This document shows positions 1-12,200 of a DNA stretch of 64,000 nt, piece by piece. The notes below the pieces were generated by a model. That model was not told where the DNA came from. It saw only the letters and a list, made by a program, of their open reading frames with translations, and made no database searches. Numbering within the stretch: position 1 is the stretch's first letter; every line of letters begins with the position of its first letter. Position numbers and translations under genes: made by a program. Source of the DNA: Owenia fusiformis (lineage: Eukaryota); contig CAIIXF020000001.1 of NCBI GenBank assembly GCA_903813345.2, positions 22,506,001 through 22,570,000 of the forward strand. Reading direction: 5' to 3'.

Positions 1-1023
1 CTGTACATGTCAGAATTTAAATGGTTTGATCAAAAAGATATTTAAAGTATTGAAATAGTTAAGTAAACTTGTCTTGTGAATGAAAATATATTGAACCAAA
101 TGACTATTTTACAAAATCACTTCACTACTTTTTAAGTTATTGCAAAATCATTTGAAAAATTTTTTGATTGGGTCAAGTCTTCAAGGATTTTACACTTCAC
201 CTTGCAATCATTGCAATTATAAAGGAAGGAAGATGTGTCTGGAAGGAAGAAATCCTTCAATGGGAAAATAATCTGTTTTGATTTGATAGAGAAAATGCAA
301 TCAGACATTACAGGATGTGTTTTAAATAATTAAGTCGATAATCATACAGTAACTTAAAAAACTCTGATCACAGTTAGACTCAGTCTATCTAGTTTGATTA
401 GAGTCTGCTTTGAAGGATGTGTCTAAAGAAACTTTATTAATCCATAAACAAAACAAAAATAATTCGGCAAGGCAAAACAAACCTTATTATATCAGTTTGA
501 TTAGAGTCTGCTATAAAGAAAGCATCCTATGTAATTTAAATTATTCCATACACAGAACTTGATAAATAATTTGCCAAAGAAAATCTCCCATATTTTCCTC
601 CAGATTTTTCCAAGTTTAGAGTTTTGAAAAATAAGCCCTGTTTTTGGTTTTTATTTTTTAATCATCAACACATATCATTTAGACTGAAAACACTTTTCAG
701 TACAAATGCTCTGCCCTAGTGAATAAAGTAAAACCATGGACTTTCAATCTATTGAATGTCTATGGTAAAACAAACTAAATAAAAATGAAATAAAAAATTC
801 TGAAAATATTATTTGCAGTTTCATATACTTGCTATTTGAGATTTCTCAGCACTTATTGAAGTAATTGAATAAAGAAATAAACCCTCAAAAATCTGAAAAC
901 ACTTTTTAAATTTTAACTCCCCCCCCCTCTGCATGAAATAGATAATTAAAATAAATATATAGTATAACACAAGATGAAAATAGATATAACAGAAACTAGG
1001 ACTATGAACCCTTTTTCTGGTCA

Positions 1024-1115
1024 AGCATTTTAATTAGCCGTTCAACCGTTTTAATTAGCTGTTCAACCGTTTTAATTAGCTGTTCAACCGTTTTAATTGG
1101 CTGTTCAAGCATTTT
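1024..1115. repeat. ~21-bp tandem repeat (TTTTAATTAGCTGTTCAACCG), ~4 copies
   Basis: Directly visible tandem units. Confidence 0.85.
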
Positions 1116-1242
1116 GATTTTCTTAAACCCATGAGAATATCAATATGTAGTAGGTATTGTTGTGTTGAGCATTGTTATAAAAAATATTTGCCAAGAAAGA
1201 ACATGGTAATTAAATCTGTTGTGAAAATGTGTTTCACACATA

Positions 1243-2297
1243 CAGGGTGTTCCAAAAGTAACAGGACTGGTGCTGGTATTTTGTCAATTTTGCACCGAGT
1301 GTTTTCAAATTTTTACAAATCGTACTTTGAAGTATTGCAACTAAAATTGTATAGTTTCAGAAAAAATGATGAAATGCGGCTAGAGTTGTGGTTACTATAG
1401 CAACATGACATCACAATACCCGGGGCAACTTTTTTCTGAAAATGTGATATCTAACATTTTTGTATTACTGAAGGAAGTATCCATTTCACCTATTATAATA
1501 CAACATTTCTTATTTATTTTATTAGTTGCTTTGTTGTAAAGGTGTTGCTATAAAACTCAGATTCAAGTCTAATTTCATTATAATAATATTTATTCAATTT
1601 CCTGGAATATCACTATGAATTACAGTCTGAACAATTTGTGGTTGAGTATTTGAAAAGACCCAATTTGAAGCCAGTCATCCACCTTGATAAGGCGCCTGCC
1701 CGCAGGTCACCATTAAAGACCATGCAGCTATAGAGAAGCTAGGTCTTGAGTTCTAAAAAAATGTACCATACTCTTCTGATCATGCAACATCCAATTTTTA
1801 CTTACATGGGAAATGGAATGCTAATCAGTGCTGTAAGATCTTTAAAGATGAGAATGACCTTCTCCAAGTTGTTCAATCGACCATGCGTGACATGTTCTCA
1901 AATGGGTTCACTCATGTGTCATGGATACAGAGTGTTACTCTTCTACTGACCAAATAGGAGCCTATTTTTCAAAGTACATAGGATACATAGGAATATCAAA
2001 TTATGTAAAACAAATGTAATTCCCACCAGTTGTTGCATTTTAACTTTGATATGGGATGTACAAAATGCTCAATGTCTCTTTCTGTCTTAATGTAACTTTC
2101 TGCGTGGAATGTTGCCCCGGGTATTGTGATGTTATGTTACCATAGCAACCATAACTCTACCCAAGTTACATAGTTTTTGTCGAAACTTTGCAGTTTTAGT
2201 AACGATACATGAAAATACATTATGTAAAATTTTGAAGACGATTGATGCATATTTAACAAAATGCCAGCACCAGTCTTGTTACTTATGGAACACCCTG
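1243..2297 (+). mobile_element. Degenerate Tc1/mariner element with transposase C-terminal relic
   Basis: TA-flanked TIRs (CAGGGTGTTCCAAAAGTAACAGGACTGGTGCTGG / CCAGCACCAGTCTTGTTACTTATGGAACACCCTG). 1660-1860 translates, with a frameshift and a stop, to PVIHLDKAPARRS...LGLEF*KNVPYSSDHATSNFYL, a decayed version of the mariner HDNAPAH and PYSPDLAPSDF motifs. Confidence 0.85.
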
Positions 2298-3465
2298 TAA
2301 TATACAGTCAATATCAAAATAGTCCTCTTGTTTGTATTTTTTAAATTTTAGTGAGTCATACTCTTGATATTTGGTGTTAACTACACATGGATACATTTGA
2401 AGACCCATTTTGCTGGGGGGGGTGACTACTGGCCTGTTCATTGTACATAAACTTTTGCGGGGGTCCTGAGCTAAACCCTCCGATATCAATATGTTCCCAA
2501 ACCAATCTATTTGTATATCATGGGTATAGCAATAATCCATCTACCTTCACAAAATTTTACTGAAATTATTAATTCAGATGTTTTCCATTGAAACTGTGAA
2601 AATTAAGTCTTTGGTGCATTATTACTATAAAAACATTTTCACTAAATAAAGCAATCAACTTGTGATTACATGTTTGTATTATTTTGTACATCATACCCTG
2701 CTTCTTTTGATCATACATGTATATCAGTCTAATCATGAACAAAAACAATGGTGTCTCATCTTGTGATTTTGTTTAAAAGAAATCTTAAGATTTTCCTTGG
2801 TCAATTTCTTAACCAAATTGGAATTTTGCTTAATTCTTTTCATAATTAACATTAAAAATACATTATTTTGGCAATATCAGATAACGGGAAATAAACACTA
2901 GATATGGTACTTTTAATTGTGTAAATAATGTTAATGACAGAGAACATAAATAATCATATGCCATTGAGTGGAAAACTAAATCTAAATCCGTACTGGAGAA
3001 AGAAACATATGAACATGAATTTAGTAATTTACTATAATAAACATGCATGTATGCTTGCAGAAAAAATATCCTAATATACTGTTGTTGAATAGAGGTAGAT
3101 TCAAATCCTTACTTAAAGATAATTTTAATTCAAGTAAAATGATTACTTTTTTGGAATGATACCAATCAGGATGGTTGCAGGGCTTGAACTATGTAATCAT
3201 TGAACAAAACGTATTGCAACCATTTACATTTCAATGTGAAATGGTTGCAGTTTACAATGGTTGCAGATTACAATGATTGTATAGAAATGGTTGCGCAGTC
3301 GTTGAAAAAGAGTTGACTTTGCTTGGTTGAATGCAATGGTTGCACAATGATTGCTTATCACCCTACAATGGTTTTTCCTTTGATCTTAGTAGTTGAAACA
3401 ATCAGTATTCAATGATTGATGGAAACGGTTTAAATTCGGACTTTCTAGGTTGAATTTTTTATAAG

Positions 3466-4580
3466 GGTGGTGCTTCAGCCATTATTTACATCAGTGGCTT
3501 AAAAAGCAATCCAATATGCCTGGAGGAACCAGTAGCCAGCCAAGGTAACAACTACACTGGAGAGGTCACTGCACTCAAGCTGGCAGTGGAATTTATTGTC
3601 GGAACCAGGACGTCTGATAAAATTACTATACTGTCTGACTGCCAACCAGCCATAACAACTGCATTTTTGAACACCAAACTCAAAAATATGATGCCTGAAA
3701 TCATCAGCATAAGAAAAGCCTGCAAAACACTTTCCATGCTAAAGAAAAACATAGAAATCTTTTGGGTACCTGGACATCTTGGAATTGAGGGCAATGAAGT
3801 AGCTGATAAAATAGCCAAAAAAGCTGCAAGTACAGCCACAACCCTCCCTCCCCCAAAAACAACAAAAACTATGGCTTATAAATCAATCAAAAATATGTCC
3901 ATTGATAAGTGGCAAACTAGGTATATCCACTCTGATAAAGTTAACTTGATTCAAAACCTTATACCACAAGTAAAAGTTAAATCACAATCATTAAAGTTGG
4001 GTAAAAGATACAGTCAGACAAAAGTCAATCAAATTATATCTGGGCACACTCGTCTCAATGGCCACTACTACAAAATCAACCCTGATCTTTCCTCTCCCAA
4101 CTGTGAACACTGTAATTCACCAGAAACTTTGCATCATTTCTTGTTTCAGTGCAGCAAATACAGTGCTCAGAGGGAGGTAATGCTAGCGGCTATAGACAAT
4201 GTACTACTAGGAGCCAACTACAACCCAACCATAGACTTACAAACCATCACAGGTCTTAATACAAACTTAGACCGGCATATCAACACAGAAATAGTAGAAC
4301 GACTACAACAGTTCATACTATCAACTAATAGAATTTAACAAATCAAACGAAACAGAGATAGTGACTCTTAAAGTCTCCAGTATAATTGAGATACTGACTC
4401 TTTTAGATAACAATGTCAAAATGCGCACTCTCAAAAGTCTATCAAAACAAGTATTAGTGAAAATTACAAGTGATATAATAGTACACAGTGAAACCAAAGT
4501 ATCTAGTGACCAAAGGCAGCATTAAAGTGCCATCGTGTTAAGTACACTAACACGTAAATTGGATAAAGAAGAAGAAGAAG
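3466..4580 (+). mobile_element. 3' part of an RNase H-bearing non-LTR retrotransposon (I/Nimb/Ingi-like group)
   Basis: Frame 3466-4338 has RNase H motifs (GASAII, NYTGEVTAL, ILSDCQ, WVPGHLGIEGNEVADKIAK) and a C-terminal CxxC...H...C knuckle (CEHCNSPETLHHFLFQC). 3' stem-loop CGTGTTA-N7-TAACACG near 4534-4554, then a (GAA)n tail at ~4567-4580. Confidence 0.88.
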
Positions 4581-4721
4581 TGCAACCGTCACATTTAATT
4601 AAATACAATAACGTCTTTGGGAAATAAAATACCAAAGAAATTGAAAACTGCCCATAAGAATCCATGTAAATAATAAAACCAGAAGGGAGGACAACACAGG
4701 ACTAACCTTACCCTCCTAAAC

Positions 4722-4765
<44 letters not shown>
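4722..4765. repeat. (ATG)n microsatellite
   Basis: About 14 perfect ATG units. Confidence 0.95.
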
Positions 4766-4767
<2 letters not shown>

Positions 4768-5679
4768 GGGCCAATGTGATTCTGATGAACGGGATTCGGA
4801 TTATTGTGGCGACCCCTCTTACACTAATCAAACTAATAGTTATGAAGCTTAGTTCTGGGCCTAGGGAGCCATCTGTGTTCAGTAAGCCTATGTAGCAATG
4901 GACAACGAATAGATGGCGCGTTTTCGCGGGAAATTTTATTCACTAAAAAATTGACCCCGCTTTTATATGCAATTTTGGTCGCTCATTTTAACTATGTTAA
5001 AAGTCGAATTGCTGTTATTTCTTTCTAAAATCTGTTTAATAATTGAATGAAGTCTTCGCGCATTCTTAAGAATAGAAGAAAATCGTTTTTGGCGAGGACG
5101 AACTTCACGAGGTAAAGTTTAAATCATTTAATTATACCCTCAATAATTTTTGGTCGCTTTGATTAAGCAGTTATTTGTAAAGTTTAAAGTCTTGAGATCG
5201 TAAAAAATTAAAACTTACACTGATATATATATGCGCAAATGTAGAAATTCAACTTTTAAAGTGGCTGGTGTAATCTTCCGATTCTCATGCAAGATGGCGG
5301 CCATATTTATCTTCCGGGGTCGCGTGTCTTGCGCAAAAATAAAATCGTTAATTTTGGTTAATCTGTGTTCAATTATGGTTGTTACTTCAAATAAATGTAT
5401 ATTTATGAAATCAAATATGCTATTGAAAACTTCTTCATACGATGTCCGTTGAATTTGGACTTATTAGACACAGATTAAAAGATTGTTATTGTCACGTGAT
5501 TAGTTTGTTGTTGTTCTCGCGATCAAGCACGTGGATCGATGTGGATAGGTTGGTATGATTATTTGACAATTACCAATGCATAATTCAGTAATTACAGGTG
5601 CCCCAATCTATTATCATCGGATAATCACTTTGACTACTTGCAGTCTCACCTCCCTTGATGCCCCATACTGTAAAAGTTT

Positions 5680-6150
5680 ATCATTGATGACCCATATTAA
5701 TGATCACTTGACGTCCCATACTATTGATCATTTGATACATGTATACCATACTATTGACCACTTGATGTCCCACACTATTGATCACTTGATGTCCCACACT
5801 GTTGATTCCTTTGATATACTATTGATCACTTGACGTCCCATACTGTTGATCACTTGATGTCCCATACTATTGATCATTTGATGTCCCATACTATTTAACA
5901 CTTACTACCCCATACCATTGATCACTTGATTTCCCACACTGTTAATTATTTTATTCCCTAATACTTATTAATTACTATTGATTATTGATTGTCCAAGACT
6001 GTTGATTACTTGATATCCAGTACTGTTGATCACTTGATGTTCCATACTGTTGATCACTTGATGTCCCATACCATTAATCACTTGATGCCCCATACTATTG
6101 GTTAGTTGATGTCCCATACCACTAATCACTTGATGTCTCATACCATTGAT
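5680..6150. repeat. ~24-bp minisatellite (TGATCACTTGATGTCCCATACTAT)
   Basis: Many degenerate tandem units; they account for the repetitive ORFs at 5576-5833 and 5968-6246. Confidence 0.9.
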
Positions 6151-6514
6151 TTCTAAATGCAGCATGCTTGTTTTAACGACTTGGAAAGTTTTATTTTGGT
6201 CTCTCTCAAGACTTTTTAAAACTATATTACATGTACATATGAACATATGTATATTTTATATTATGGTAAACAATTTAGTGATATACATGTAGTGTCAGCT
6301 TATAGATACACTATTTGTATACATGGAATTCAAGTAATAAAAAAATATTTGTACTATGTTCTCCATTGATCCAAATGAAAGAGACATAGAAAATTGTACA
6401 TTGCAAATGTTTATTTTAAAAAAAATACAAAAAACGCCCATGGGTGATACTCTGGGACTCTAATTTACGAAAATATGAACTTATATTAGACCTTCATTTT
6501 TTTTGTTTGGTTAA

Positions 6515-6928
6515 GGTCAGGGTGCATGATGGGAAATTTTCTGCATCCTTCAATTGAGTCACATGTTATTTTTCAAACAAGAATCACTCCTTCCCCACAT
6601 TGTCTACACCTTCCAAGTTTGCACAAAGAGTGCACTTATGTGCCTAGAAAAGACTTGTGAGAAGATTTGTTTTGTAAAATGTATAAAAAACGAGAAAATT
6701 CAGTGAAAAAAATTTCTGAAAATTTTCTGAATTTTTTCACTGAATTTTCTTGTTCTTTATACACTTTATCAAAACATTCTTCTCACAAGTCTTTTCTAGG
6801 CACATAAGTGCACTCTTTGTGCAAAAGTGAAAGATATAGACAATGTGGGGAAGGAGTGATTCTTGTTTGAAAAATAACATGTGACTCAATTGAGGGATAT
6901 AGAAAATTTCCCATCATGCACCCTGACC
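6515..6928. mobile_element. ~415-bp fold-back (palindromic) MITE flanked by TTAA, copy 1
   Basis: TTAA|GGTCAGGGTGCATGATGGGAAATTTT...AAATTTCCCATCATGCACCCTGACC|TTAA; almost entirely self-complementary. A second copy is at 55838-56251. Confidence 0.9.
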
Positions 6929-7442
6929 TTAAATAAAAGTTAGAGTTACAAGAAAATATAAGGTATGATAAGATAAACCTTATTGTTAATTTTTAATTAA
7001 ATTTCAAAGTTGGGGTCAGTTTTTAGCAAAAACGATTTTTGGACCCCCTGAGGGTGACCTACTTTAAATGGGTGCCACGGCCAGTATGCATTTTCTAAAA
7101 ATTTAGGTTATAGATTTTCTTTTTATTGAAACTCCAAGCTTTCAGAAAATATATAGTTTAATGGGGTTGGGTTAATTTAAAAAAATGGTTGTCCAATGCT
7201 ACTTAGATCTAGAGGTTAAAAAAGTTGAGAACAATTTCCTGTCCTGGCCTCAACTTTAGAATTCTATAGTTTACAATGTGGTACGTTATGTCAACCATAA
7301 GTGCGTTAAAATTTTTGTTCAATGGACAAACTAACAAAAATGAATTAAATTAGTACTTACGTTAATCATCTACAGGCTACAAATCCATAGGTTATCATGG
7401 ACAAATCTAGTAAACTTTCTCTTTTTCTAACCCAAATACCAG

Positions 7443-8683
7443 CACATGCTATCTATTGCAAGACTAACGCCTGGTGTAACCGTCACCATGTTATTCGGTG
7501 TTTTTTAAGTAGCGCAAGGATCCTGCCATGACCGTGGCAGTGTTATTTTGTAAGCCTGGTATAACCGTGACAACGCTGTATTATATTGCAAGGCCTGTCA
7601 TGACCGTGACAATGCTATATTATATTGCAAGGCCTGTCATGACCGTGGTAATGTTAAAGCCCCGTATGACCGTGACAATGGTTCCAAGGTCTGTCATGAC
7701 CGGGACAATGCTATATTATATTGCAAGGCCTGTCATGACCGTGGTAATGTTAAAGCCCCGTATGACCGTGACAATGGTTGCGAGGCCTGTCATGACCGGG
7801 ACAATGCTATATTATATTGCAAGGCCTGTAATGAATATGGTTGTAATGCCTGTCAAGACTGTGCTAATGCTGAAGCCTGATATGACCGTGACAATGCTTG
7901 CAAGGCCTATCATGACCGTGACAATGCTTGCAAGGTCTGTCATGACCGTGACAATGCTATATTATATTGCAAGGCCTGTCATGACCGTGACAATGCTTGT
8001 AAAGCCTGCCATGACCGTGACAATGTTATGTTATATTGCCGTATATATTATATGACCGTAATAAGGATTGAAAGGCCTGTCATGACCGTCAGAATGTTAA
8101 AGCCTGTCATGACCGTGGTAAGGTTAAAGCCTGTCATGACCGTGGTAAGGTTAAAGCCTGATATGACCGTGACAATAGTTGCAAGGCCTCTCATGACCGT
8201 GGTTGTATTTAAAGTAGCATGAGAACACCGTAATGACAATTTTTATTCGTGTTTAACTACCTTAAAGATGTAAATAAAGACTACGAAAAATGTGTATTAA
8301 TTTCACAACGAAAACCTAATTTTTACTCATAAATAATTTGCTAACAAACTATATCTCTACTCTCATTCAAGGAGCTTCGATTCGAAAGCATATACTTTCT
8401 ATAATGATCAATAAATAAGATTTATCCATAAAAAATACAAACAGCAACGGGCGAACATAAAGGTCATTAATGTCATATAAAGGTTACGGTCGCGACAGGC
8501 TTACACGATTACACTACCACGGTCATGGCAGGCATTTTAATATAATACAGCATTGTCGCGGTTATACCAGGCTTTCACGATAACATTACCACGGTCATGG
8601 CAGGATCCTTGCGCTACTTAAAAAACACTGAATAACATGGTGACGGTTACGCCAGGCGTTAGTCTTGCAACAGATAGGGTCTC
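7443..8683. mobile_element. hAT-like MITE with internal minisatellite, just upstream of NDUFB6
   Basis: 8-bp direct repeat AATACCAG at 7435-7442 and 8684-8691. ~90-bp TIRs (CTATCTATTGCAAGACTAACGCCTGG...). Internal GCCTGTCATGACCGTGACAATG repeats at 7525-8200. Confidence 0.85.
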
Positions 8684-8918
8684 AATACCAGTCCAGTGTC
8701 AAACTCGATTCTGAAACGAAAATGATAACTATAGGGACAGAATAATACTAATTACATGCATTTGATATAAAAAATATTTTTATAAAAATTTATTTAATTT
8801 ATACGTATTTTTGTGCATCATTATAGCTCACTTTTTATCATCAGTGCTGCTCAAATCGTTTATTTCAAACGCTCAAAGTTGAGGATTTAGTGAATTTACA
8901 TTGACCTTCCCAAACAAA

Positions 8919-9215
8919 ATGGCTGATCATTTTGAAAAGGTTTGGGAGAGACAACAACGTCTTCTCCGTCATAATGAGACAAGGGGAAGCAAGTTTCCAC
9001 CCTTTTCAATTGAGCCAGTTGCTCACGAAAGACAGAGATTGGCAGGAAAAGGCATGACGGCTGAAACTCGAGCCCTGAGAAAGCAATGGGTCCAGGATCA
9101 GATTCTCTCCCCAAATGAACCCAGAGTTGTACCAGAATTGGATGCTAGGAACCCCATCAGACGGGCTGGTAGTGCACCATGGAACTTTATATTTAAATTA
9201 GCCCAACCTTTTATG
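8919..9215 (+). CDS. NDUFB6: NDUFB6 exon 1
   Basis: ATG at 8919, 99 codons, donor ATG|GTAAGT at 9216. Confidence 0.92.
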
Positions 9216-12200
9216 GTAAGTAACTGAAAAATTGAATGTCTGCTCGATGTACTACTTTTATCAAGGCCTGACTTCGTCACTACAGTTGGGGACAAAAATA
9301 AATGACAGGTCGATTTTCGATCACCATTTCCTAATTATGGTGGTCTGAAAGCCCATAATTTCCAATATTGTCTAGATATATATCCCTTAAAATTTGTATA
9401 TTTTACATTTTGTATAATCTCATCCACTGATGTATGGCCTCTTGTAAATTCTCTTATTTTTAACATGGGAAATCCTCACTTCAGCAAATCCACCTGTCAT
9501 TTATTTATGTCCCCAACTGTAAGATGCTAAATATAAGAGTTACTACTTTTTTCAAGGCCTGACTGCGTCGCTAACATGCTAAATATAAGAGTTAGCTGAC
9601 GTTTGGGAGTCTGACTTACCTTCTAAAGGTCAGAACCCGAATCTTAATGAAACCATATCACCTTTGTTCCGTCAACCATGGAGCATTTGCCACAACATCC
9701 AAGAGATAAATCATGGATCGAGAAAATGAATGATTTCCTTGTAAGTTCCGGAAGTTTCAATACGAAAAATTACCGAACATATGTGAAAACCAAATATTTG
9801 TTCGTTGTTTTCACGATTTACAGGTTCGTTTGTTCTTCAATGTTTTGGTCTAAATTATAAAGCATCACCAACAGGTCTTATATTTAGCATGTTAGCGACG
9901 CAGTCAGGCCTTGAAAAAAGTAGTAGCTGACGTTTGGGAGTCTGACTTACCTTCTAAAGGTTAGAACCAGAATCTTAATGAAACCATATCACCTTTGTTG
10001 CGTCGATGATGATGCATAAACATAGCATTTGATAGAAATTAGTGTAAATGCTTTTCCGACTTTTTCATTTTTCATCAATGTTGACCTCCGGGAAGGCGTT
10101 GTAGTTATCACGAAATAACGCATTGACCCTTGAACTTTGCTTTGTTGACGTGTCAACCAAGCATCTGGTGTGAAAATTAAAAGAATATTAAGCAATGTTC
10201 TACATCCGCCAAGCTACGTGACGTAGTCAATATTTAAAATTACCAATTTCAAGTGAAGTATGCAACGAACGAAACTGCGTGATCTACACTCCCACTATTG
10301 GTCTGAATGAAATGCTACGCAGAAATATGAGCCGTCTGCTGTATTAAGTCGATTAATAGAGTAAGACCTGTTGGTGATGCTTTATAATTTAGACCAAAAC
10401 ATTGAAGAACAAACGAACCTGTAAATCGTGAAAACAACGAACAAATATTCGGTTTTCACATATGTTCGGTAATTTTTCGTATTGAAACTTCCGGAACTTA
10501 CAAGGAAATCATTCATTTTCTCGGTCCATGATTTACCTCTTGGATGTTGTGGCAAATGCTCCATGGTTGACGGAACAAAGGTGATATGGTTTCATTAAGA
10601 TTCGGGTTCTAACCTTTAGAAGGTAAGTCAGACTCCCAAACGTCAGCTAACTCTTATATTTAGCATCTTAGCGACGAAGTCAGGCCTTGAAAAAAGTAGT
10701 AGATTTGTTGGCTTGGTCCGAATCCCATTCCCAATCATTCAAATCCTGATTCATTGGTCTGAATCCCAATCATCCAAATCCCATTTGTCTGAATCCCAAT
10801 TATCCAAATTCCCATTCGTCTGAATTGCAATGGCAGGCCTGTCAACTGTCCCGCAATTTGCGTATTTGTCACGCATTTGCTGAAGAATTTTAAGTCACGC
10901 CAGTTATTTTTGAGTGACAAAAAATGTCACGCAAATACGCATTTTACATGGTAATTGTCAAGCAAAAATATATCTGTAGAAAAATTTCTAAAAAGTTCGT
11001 CTACACAGCAAAAATACGAACGCCGAAAAATACGTACGCATTTCGTTCGGACTTTTCACACGAATTACGTATATGTCACGCATTCCGTTCGAAATTTTTC
11101 CTACCAGATTTGGACCAAGATTTGACCAAGGTGTCCACATTTTGAGGGGAGGTGTTCAACATTTCCAAGTCACTCATGTTAGGTGTTCCCAAGTTGACAG
11201 GCCTGCAATGGTCTGATTTCCATTAATCCGATCCCTACCATCCAAATCCCAATTGTCCAAATCCCATTCGACATGACACATGTCAGCTTTCAAAATGCTG
11301 TTCCGCCATTTTGAAACCTGTCACAAGTAAATAACAGATGTTGCATTCTGGGAGTCAATCTACCTTGGATCACAAACATGGGGATCCATGAAAACATTTG
11401 TAGGAATTTATCCATCATTTGCATGTATGAAGTTGGATTCATTCATTGTTCTACTTAAAGTGAACAGGAATTATTTTTCTACCGCTTGGGAGAGTTTGAG
11501 ACATAAACTTAGAATTTAGCTCATTGTGACAACTTTTGATGGTTGAGGTTTATTAATGTCTCCCACTTTATCATGATATTTAAACTTAGATACACAAGCA
11601 AAAGTGAGGTAGGCTTCTTGAAAAGAATTGATGTAATGTCACTTCTGGTTTTCAAAACTTCGATATCTCTACTTTCATAATGATGCCCCTTATGAAACCT
11701 GCACCATTAAACTACCAAAACCAAAACTTACTTTTTCCACTAGTATTGAGATGACATGCCATCGGGAATCCTGATTGGTCCAAATCGGTAAACAAATATG
11801 GCTAGAGGTGTCACGGATACCCGATTTTGTTCCGATCCGCAGAATTATGCCCTCGGGATGGAACATGGAACACAAATTGAGAATTTCGGTTTGGTTCCGG
11901 AACAAGAACATTTTACCCTTTCACAATTTTTGGCCTTGAATCGCCACAAAACAGCATTTTTCTCTCAATATTTCACACCAAAAGAGGTTAATTTTTTTAC
12001 TCCTTCTCATGAGTTTTGAAGAGCTTTTCGCCACCAAATAGAACTAGATGATCAACTTATTTTAATCTTATACACGCAGTCACTCTGTTCGGAACCATTC
12101 CGAAATTGTTCCGTTCCGAAGCAAAATGTTCAGAACCGAACCGTTCCGATTTTCTTTTGTTCTGTGACATCTCTAAATGTGGCAGTTCAAAATTTTCACA

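Larger units (their letters stand above)
1..3467. mobile_element. Probable DNA transposon (right end only visible) interrupting a LINE RNase H ORF
   Basis: Ends ...GGTTGAATTTTTTATAAGGG at 3467, a TIR-like GGG end, exactly where the downstream RNase H frame begins mid-domain. Degenerate (A)ATGGTTGCA subterminal repeats at 3170-3430. The left end would lie outside the window. Confidence 0.4.
4888..7207. mobile_element. Non-autonomous TIR DNA element containing a minisatellite and a nested fold-back MITE
   Basis: Inverted ends CTATGTAGCAATGGACAAC (~4888) and GTTGTCCAATGCTACTTAG (~7188-7207). No clear TSD. Confidence 0.5.

Noticed and set aside
4595-4831. ORF with a poly-Ile run resembling a membrane protein
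   Set aside because: Antisense reading of the (ATG)n microsatellite.
5576-6246. ORFs with HTIDHLMS / GHQVINS repeats
   Set aside because: Products of a 24-bp tandem repeat; no protein-domain signal.
7528-8239. ORFs with repeated PVMTVTML peptides
   Set aside because: Translation of the minisatellite inside an hAT-like MITE.
9678-10564. Two near-identical 60-aa ORFs on opposite strands (MEHLPQHPR...)
   Set aside because: A consequence of transposon inverted repeats, not paralogous genes.
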